From contig JAANOX010000198.1 in assembly GCA_020184695.1 (NCBI GenBank), positions 1 to 64,000 of the forward strand: DNA of 64,000 bases. The letters are read 5' to 3'. The stretch comes from Histomonas meleagridis 2922-C6/04-290x. Taxonomy: Eukaryota; Protista; Parabasalia. Under the pieces are notes generated by a model, which saw only the letters and a program-made list of their open reading frames with translations, was not told the DNA's origin and ran no database searches. This document shows, piece after piece, positions 56,474 to 64,000 of the stretch (the first letter of the stretch is position 1; each line of letters opens with the position of its first letter). The translations under genes were made by a program, and so were the position numbers.

Positions 56474-56612
56474 CAATTTATATCCTTCAAGACAACATAT
56501 TACATGAATTCGTAATTTAAATGATGATATATTTTTTTATTTAAGTTAATATTCAAAAAACAAAATTTGGCGGTTTTTTAAACGGCTTTGTTGCCCTTTC
56601 TGTTTTTCTAAA

Positions 56613-58145
56613 ATGAATCAAAATCAATCAGCAACAACAAATCAGAAATCCCAAAAGGAGTGGGAAACATTTACAGCGCTCAAAAGCATAATCTTTGGTT
56701 TGAATATAGATAATTTTGCTCAATCATCAAATTTTATTATCAGCAAGTTTTGTAAAGAATATCCATTATCTTATGATATCATTATATTCCGAATGATATA
56801 TATATATATATATCTTCTGATTGATAGTAATAATTTTGATATATATTTGAGATTATTACAAGAAATTGAAAAATATGAAGAAAATAATAAAATCAACACA
56901 AAAATAATAAATTTATTTTCTCAATTTCTACTTAAAGAAAACACACAAGAATCATTTTATTTACTTAATTACATGATTAAGCATAATTTACTTGAATCAA
57001 AATTCATCAAAAATACATTTAATCCATTTTTTGTTCATATTAATCAAGATAAATCAAATAAATATAAAATATTTATTTGATCAAGAAAATATTGCTTATG
57101 AAGAACTTTCAAAGAATGATTTTGAACTTCATAAGCAATTAATTGAAGAAGGAGTTAATCCAAGAGAAATTGCAAAAATAATTCGAAATGATGAAATAGA
57201 AAAACTTCAAGATATATCATCACAAACAAATTATAATTTTGATCAAACAATTGAACCATCACTTTATGAAAGATGTTCATTTATTAATCATAAAAATGTT
57301 ACATTAATTGATTATGCAGCATTCTTTGGATCAATTAAATGTTTTAAATATTTACTTATGAATAATGCAAGTGTAGAAAACACAGGTAAATATGCAATTG
57401 CAGGTGGAAATGAAGAAATCATTCATTTATGTGAACAAAATCATTCATCTTTTGAAGGTGTATATGAAACAGCAATTGAATTTCAACGAAATGATATCTT
57501 TAAATATCTTTATGAAAATAAAATTGAAGATATTAACAAATTAAAAAAATTCGGAGAAAAATGTGTTTCATATTTTAATTATGAAATTTTTACATATTTA
57601 GAAAAAGAAGGAATGAAAATTAATAAAAATATCATTAATGAAGCAGCAAAAAAATTGGAAATATATTTTTCTTGTAAAATATTTCCATAAAAATAATCAA
57701 CTTCCAGAAAATATTTTAGTTTTTGCTTCATTTTCAGGAAATATTGAACTTGTTACATACATTTTAAAGCAAAAAGGAATTGATATTAATGCTAAAGATA
57801 TTGATTTGTTTTATTTGAAATTTATTTTAATAATTTTTTATTTCAAAATAATATTTGGAAATTATTTAAATTATTTGAAACAGCACTTATGATTGCATCT
57901 GAAAATGGTCATACAGAAATAGTCAAATTACTTCTTGAACAAGAGGGAATTGATATTAATGCTAAAGATATTTATTTGTTTTATTTGAAATTTATTTTAA
58001 TAATTTTTTATTTCAAAATAATATTTGGAAATTATTTAAATTATTTCAAACAGCACTTATGATTGCATCTGAAAATGGTCATATAGAAATAGTCAAATTA
58101 CTTCTTGAACAAGAGGGAATTGATATTGATGCTAAAAGTATTTAA
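56613..58145 (+). pseudogene. DUF3447/ankyrin paralog C of gene A; two homopolymer frameshifts and two 80-nt inserts
   Basis: Near-identical to 32911-34397. Extra A bases near 57065 and 57650. Ankyrin segments at 57880-57969 and 58050-58139. Confidence 0.85.
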
Positions 58146-58149
58146 TGTT

Positions 58150-58583
58150 TGATTTGAATCATAAACTATAACTCGAATTCGAATGTCCTTTTGATTAAAT
58201 ATCGATAATGTGCTTACTTGATTAATAGGAATTGGATTAGTCACAAAAGCATTTTGTAAAACGTCATCTATTTTTAATGAATGATAAACAATTCGACCAT
58301 TATCAATAGTGATAATACCAAAACCTTTATGTTTAAGAAGATCTGATGCAACAACTTCAAGCATTCCATTCGTATGGATGAATGTTGTTTCACTTGGATG
58401 TGTATGACCTGTGATAAGCATTGAACAATTATTATTCGTTATAATTTGTTCAAGTGTTTTACCTGTTGAAGATGTACATGTGTATTTATCCCATAAGTCT
58501 AATGGATAATGACAATGAATTATTCGCGTTTTCTTTTTGGGGATTTTTGAATGAAAAAAATTCTTCAATTCATCTACTTTCAT
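58150..58583 (-). pseudogene. Fragment of TMEM62-like calcineurin-like metallophosphoesterase
   Basis: IIHCHYP, LITGHTH, LEVVASDL, ITIDNGRIVY, FVTNP; lacks both the N-terminal and the C-terminal TM parts. Confidence 0.6.
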
Positions 58584-58682
58584 TAAAATAGTTTTACTAA
58601 AAATAGTTACATTTATAATCTGAAGTCTTTAAACACTTTAAGACTCATTAACAAAAAACATTTTTTTCGATCGTAATTTTTT

Positions 58683-59990
58683 TTACTGGAAATCCATTGC
58701 TCCAAGTAAATTAATTGTTGCATATCTTTCAAGTTTGGTATTCTTTGTATCATTGCTTGCTTGCCACGACAAAGGATGTGGTGGCTTTAAGTTTGTAGCA
58801 TGCTGTTCCATATTTTTTTTTTTCCAATAAGGTAACATCATTGCTATAATTGCCTGGTTACCATTTTCCTTTGCTATTTGATATGGGTGTACAATATGTG
58901 AAGCATTTGGATTACAACCGCATTGTAACAACACTTCGACTGCATCATTATTATTATAATAAGTTGCATAAGCCAAAGCTGACCATTCTTCATCTAAAGC
59001 ATTTAAGTTATCTGTATTCAAAGCCAACAACAAAGTAATCAACTGGTTACCGGCTGAGGCTGCTTCGTGTAATGGGGTATAACCGTTGGTCGGATTGATT
59101 TGACGCTTTTTTTCATGTCGCAAATGCACGAGTAAACTTTGAGAACGTTACCATCTCTTATCGCTTCGTGCATGTCATAGCTTTCGCCGTTGTTGGCAAA
59201 ATATGACATCTGCAAGTACTTCTTCCGGATATACTCTTCTCGTTTCTCTTTCGTAACGCCAGGGTTGATTTTCTCGCTCCCAACGTTCTTCTCTAATATG
59301 GAATTAGCATTAGAATTACCAATCGCTAAAAAAATAACTTATTGGTGGTGGGATCTAATCCATCTAAGGTTAATGATCGAACTTTAGAAACTGATGTGGT
59401 CAATGATCGATGAACCCCACCACAATTGGTGCGAGATGCAAACTCCCCAATTGATGCAACACCAAACTGGATTTGGTGCACCGCAATCTGCACAAACACA
59501 ATTACACTCGACCGATAATGGTGAGTCATTGCTAGAATCTTTCGTAAAATGTAGTAGTTTCTTTGATATCTTCCCCACTATGATCTAACAGATATTGAAT
59601 ATTGTTTTGGATGACTGCCTTTTTCTTGCGATATGATCGTGAAACAAAATCGGCGTTCTGGATCCTTAATAGGTTTAACTGTGGTCAATAACAGGGGTAA
59701 GATACCTTGTGGCTTATCACTGTCTTCTGTTCCATGGAAATATGATAATGTATGATTTTGACATATGAAATATCGCTTTTGCCAAGATTTGGTAAAACCA
59801 CTGCCTTTCTTCCATAAATAGCCTTCGTGGTTGATGGCAGGGGTGTGTGTAAATGAGACTTTTAATCGCTTCCAATATAACGTATAATATCCTTCGAGTG
59901 ATTTTCCAAGAATATCTGTGTTCTTTTCAAAGTTGTTGACTTCATCAGAGGAAACTGGAAGTGTAAGTTGAAGATTTGAAAAAGAATCTT
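58683..59990 (-). pseudogene. PH-ArfGAP-ankyrin (ACAP/centaurin-like) pseudogene
   Basis: HEGYLWKKGSGFTKSWQKRYF (PH); CADCGAPNPVWCCINWGVC..CGGVHRSL..SVSKVRSLTLD (ArfGAP); GYTPLHEAA and WSALAYA (ankyrin). Several frameshifts and an internal deletion. Confidence 0.88.
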
Positions 59991-60135
59991 TGGCACATCA
60001 AAACTAAATTTTGTCGCACTTCCTTTCAATCCCTAGAAACAAGCAAAAACTTTATCCATCTTCAAATAGTATATATAATTATCATTACAGGGCGTGCTAA
60101 TCAAATATTCATAAAAATTGTATATTTATTGATAA

Positions 60136-61270
60136 TTATATTTGTTCAATAAATTTTTCTTCTTGAAAATCTTCAGCAAATGGATCTTCTTCAATATTTA
60201 TGTTACTTATTCCCGTAGTAAATGTATTTGTCGTTTCGTTTTCATTTTCTTCTGATTTATCATTTTCATAAATTTCTTCTTTTTTGTTTAGAATATGTTT
60301 CAACAATATAATTAATAATATGATAATAACTATTACTATAACAATTACACAAGCTGAAATGATAATAATTATTGTTTTATCATTATTTTGATTATTATTA
60401 ACATTAGTGTAAAACATTGTAAAGAAATTGGAATAATAATTATAATAAGTCGAATAAATAACAATCGTATAATTGTAATAAATAAATTCTGTTTCAATAT
60501 ATGAAAATGTCGAATTATTTATATATAACGAAAATGTTTTCGTTTGTGTTTCATAAATAGTTAATGAATGTGTAATTGATAATGTAATTGTTAATGTACA
60601 TGAAAATGATAATGAAAATTCACTTTGAAGTGATTCAGCAAATGTATTTGATTGACTAAATGAATGTGTTGGAATTGGTTGGCATATCCCTTCTGTGGAT
60701 TCACTATCAACACCCAAACTTCCAAAATAATCGCCTACATATGTTGGATATGTGATAACACTTGTTGAAACATTATAAAATGCACTTTCACTAATTTCTG
60801 GTTCTTTGTCTCCATAATAATAAATGCATCGAAGTTGATAGCAAAACGCAAATGCTGAACCTCCAATTTCTCTGATTCCATATCCAAGTATTAATATCGT
60901 TAAATTAGAACATAATGCAAATGCATAACTGCCAATTGTTGTAACTGAATTTGGAATTGTAATGTTTTTGATTGATGAACACAATGAAAATGATGAACCA
61001 CCAATTGTTGTAACATTTTCTCCAAAAATAATCGTTTCTAAATTAAAATATGACGAAAACACTGAACCTCCAATATTTGTGACTAAGTTACCAAAATTCA
61101 CTAAAACAACTGAAGGCCATTCTGAAAATGAACTGCTTGGAATTGAATAAATATTTTCACTGATAATTATATATTTCGTGATATTTTGATATTAATAAAT
61201 ATCTAAAATCATTTAAATTTGTGAATGAAAGTGTTGAATTATCTTTATGAAATATTTCATAATAATTTGT
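60136..61270 (-). CDS. BspA-like LRR single-pass surface protein (5' part frameshifted)
   Basis: ORF 60136-61101 has BspA repeats, a stalk, a TM segment (IIIIISACVIVIVIVIIILLIIL) and an EEDPFAEDF tail. No in-frame ATG upstream. Confidence 0.8.
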
Positions 61271-61340
61271 GAAAAATATAACAACAATTTTTTATTTTCT
61301 TTTGCTTTCAATATATATTTGGCCGTCAATATTTTCTGAA

Positions 61341-61859
61341 CTAAAATTGTTTTTCTGATAAAATTTGATATAAATAACCGAAAATGTCATTGAAAAAATG
61401 AAGGTTAAATGAAGTAAAACATTGAAAATATTTGGTTTCTTTGTTGTAGTTTCGCATCATCAAAAAATGTGAAAATTCACGTTTTATAGAAGACATATCT
61501 TCATAGTATTTGTTCAAGGTTCCCTCAGATATGCCATTTTTGACAAATATCTTGATTTCAAAGTCTTTTTTCAAATTGCTTGAAAAATATGTTCTTTGAT
61601 AATTTTGTTTGTGTTTAAAATCATGACGTACCATTGTTGCAGTTTTGTTATTAAGCCTTGAATTTAAAAATAAGTTGTTGATCAAAACTTTATAATTATT
61701 GTTAAATCTTTTAAATTTTTTGATCATAATTTCATTATTTAAAACTTCTCTATCACATTGGTAAATCATTCCTTCCTTGCTTTTGTCTTTTTGTATTTGT
61801 AATATTTCTTTTTGAATAGGTGTAATAAGCTTTGCATCAGTTCTAAATCCTTTCACCAT
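61341..61859 (-). CDS. Orphan K/N-rich ORF in relic-rich region
   Basis: 172-aa ORF only; no recognised motif. Confidence 0.25.
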   Translation of the reverse strand: MVKGFRTDAKLITPIQKEILQIQKDKSKEGMIYQCDREVLNNEIMIKKFKRFNNNYKVLINNLFLNSRLNNKTATMVRHDFKHKQNYQRTYFSSNLKKDFEIKIFVKNGISEGTLNKYYEDMSSIKREFSHFLMMRNYNKETKYFQCFTSFNLHFFNDIFGYLYQILSEKQF

Positions 61860-62264
61860 GATCCATATGCTGAAGAAAAAAAGATTTTCATGTTTCAGCT
61901 TGGAATATACTTTAGCAAAATTAAGTAATATTCCTTCACCAAATATACATCGACCATCACAAAAGTTTAAAATCTCAGGTTAAACATTAGAAAGTCTGTA
62001 GTTTTGTTGTGGTTTTTCAAATCAACTTAGAAATATTTGAATTTATCTTTTAAAGTGATGATCAAAGAAACCACTTTAAAACATTATGAAGACACTTTTA
62101 AATAAACATAATGAATGCATGTCATAGAATTAAATTTATGCTTTAATTTGATATGTCGTTTATCGATTTGAACAGTTTCTATCACCATAAAATTGATCCT
62201 TTTTTTATAACATTGGGAATTCTGCGATTTCTTTTTAAATTTAAATTTATTGTTTCATGTAAAG

Positions 62265-62380
62265 CACTCATAATATTGAACTTGTTACATACATTTTAAA
62301 GTCAAAAGGAATTGATATTAATACTAGAGATATTTTTTTTAATAATTTAATGTTTCAAAATATTGTTTGAAATTATTTAG
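62265..62380 (+). pseudogene. Ankyrin-gene fragment with start of the 20-nt-unit insert
   Basis: NIELVTYILKSKGIDINTRD followed by a decayed copy of the insert (…TAATAATTTAATGTTTCAAAATATTGTTTGAAATTATTT). Confidence 0.75.
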
Positions 62381-62700
62381 TTAATCCATTACATATTGAT
62401 CTTCGTACAAGATCTGAGATTTCTCTTATAAATGTAGCATAATCTTTTCCTGTTACACTTTTCAAAAACCATCTACTAATAACTCCAAATCCAGGTATTA
62501 CACAAGATAAAATTGATAGCTTCCTACAAGATAAATCACCTTCAACAATTGGAACTACCCCAATCAAAGATCTCCCATTTATGGCATGAGGCAAATAAGT
62601 CACAGCTGCTTCGTCAACAAATAAAAATAGTATATTAGATCGCGATGTCAACTCCAAAACAATAGTTGCCCGAAAAGCTCTGAGGCACATTAATGTGGTA
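62373..62700 (-). mobile_element. Tc1/IS630-type DDE transposase fragment
   Basis: FLFVDEAAV...GRSLIG...KLSILSCV..G.G...KSVTGKDYATFIR resembles the first catalytic half of a DDE_3 transposase. Confidence 0.75.
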
Positions 62701-63470
62701 ATTCTCATACAAATTATAATTTTCATCCCATATATTTACTCAAATTAAAAAATAATGGAATTTGAATTCGCTGTGTATTTTTTGTGTTATTGATTTCATT
62801 TATATTGATCGTTAAAACTTTAGGACATCTTTTGATTCTGATTTTTGCTATATAATTTGAATTTTCAATAATTTCTGATTGAAAATACTTTTTGATACTG
62901 CTCAAAATGTTTCCAGTTTCGAAACTTAATAACATAGATGTCATTGTATCATAAGTTAATAAATATTCCACCTCACTCTACCCATAGTTTTTTTCAAAAT
63001 CATAGCAAAATTATTCTTCGTTTCTTCTGCTAATGAATTTATAAAATATTGATAGAATTCATGAACATCTTGTTGAACAAGAAAATTGCCATCATCGAAT
63101 AGAAGAAAAGAATTCATCCAGCAGTCCCATTTTTGAATTAAATTCTTCAGTCGTATAATAAAATTATAGAATTTAGTACTTTCCATTTGATCGATGATTT
63201 CTTTAACTAGTATGTTTGAATATTCATTACTATGTGATCTAATTGAGTTAATAATTTCTTCTACAACAAGAATTGCTTGGAAATAAGAAATAATAGAACA
63301 AGAATGATTTGTATTTAAATAACCTTTTAGAAAGGCTTGAAACTTATAAACGTATTTCTTCTTGTCGAGTTTCTCGAGACCTGAGAGAATTGCTCCAGGT
63401 CGTTTTGAGTCATAAGTACCGGATTTTTCTCCAGTTTGCGTAAAAAATAATATAAAATCATCATTAATTC
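62690..63470 (-). pseudogene. Ubiquitin-specific protease (C19/USP) fragment
   Basis: Cys-box-like KGYLNTNHSCSIISYFQAI (~63280-63330); QQDVHEFYQYFINSL; then SIKKYFQSE, KIRIKRCPKVLTI, IPLFFNLSKYM. Frameshifted, no His box. Confidence 0.7.
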
Positions 63471-63540
63471 AAAATAAATTTCATAATAATCAAAATATCA
63501 ATTTTTTCACTTAATTTTTATTGAAGGAATATGACATTTT

Positions 63541-63681
63541 CTAGTCTCCGACTGTTAAAAGTGGGCAATTTTTAATGAACGATGGATGAAAATTAACGTC
63601 CTGGCAGAAAACGTTTAGAAAACGTTAAAAAGTGGACAATTTTTAGCTTCCAATGGTCAAATTTTTGTGGCCGGCACTGTA
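63541..63681 (-). mobile_element. Tc1-like terminal inverted repeat and subterminal repeats
   Basis: The minus strand reads TA|CAGTGCCGGCCACAAAAAT (Tc1-type CAGTG end; TA at 63680-63681). Two subterminal CCACTTTT(T)AAC repeats lie near 63555 and 63630. Confidence 0.65.
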
Positions 63682-64000
63682 GCATCAAAGGAATGGATTT
63701 TTGAATAAATGGGCACCCAAAAAGTTTGTTTCAACACAAGAGATTGATTTTTGTAATACAAGTAACCGCCAACCAAGAGGACGATATGTGAGCACAATTA
63801 CCTAACACTTTTTGAAACGTTAAGAAAAATTCTGGATGTGTGGCATCAAGTAAAAGTAAAAATTCAAGTAAATTTACTTTCTGTTGTTGTAAAAAAATTA
63901 TTAAACTTAAACAAATTATATTTAATATAATACAAGAAAAATGAACAAACCAGTTAAAGTGTCAACTTTCTGTTTTGTTCTTGTATATTGTAATCGTATA

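Noticed and set aside
50900-57660. Homopolymer frameshifts in BspA and ankyrin C as programmed frameshift sites
   Set aside because: Single-base indels in A/T runs cannot be distinguished from sequencing error or decay without reads.
34099-58049. Ankyrin inserts as ordinary trichomonad GT-AG introns or as random pseudogene decay
   Set aside because: Only one complete insert offers a GT in the right phase (the others have AT or CT) and none has the CTAAC branch motif. Identical position, lengths all multiples of 20, and intact flanking segments argue against random decay.

Overview
This is a very AT-rich, nearly intron-free eukaryotic window, most likely from a parabasalid (Tritrichomonas/Trichomonas-like). 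The assignment rests on an IBP39-type Inr-binding protein, a hydrogenosomal-type acetate:succinate CoA-transferase, BspA and Pmp-like surface proteins, DUF3447/ankyrin families and TCAYT initiator motifs. Housekeeping-type genes include eS7, eL22, tRNA-Leu(UAG), SRP RNA, GalE, SGF29, an ENT transporter, URB2, DRC9/IQCG, a Borealin-like protein and several kinases. A >8.6-kb pseudokinase-Sel1-six-AAA (midasin-like) gene runs off the left edge. A ~2-kb 41-bp satellite lies at 48.2-50.2 kb. The last ~10 kb is rich in relics: an 8-bp-TSD transposon whose empty site is present elsewhere in the window, a ~400-nt foldback, a Tc1-like end next to a USP fragment, and several pseudogenes. The most unusual signal is in three ankyrin genes. 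Their repeats are interrupted at the same hairpin position by frame-breaking, mostly stop-containing AT-rich inserts of exactly 40, 60, 80 or 100 nt, built from a 20-nt unit and lacking canonical trichomonad intron signals, while the downstream ankyrin segments remain intact. This suggests an undescribed non-canonical splicing, recoding or excision system. All family assignments come from motif recognition by eye; no database searches were run.
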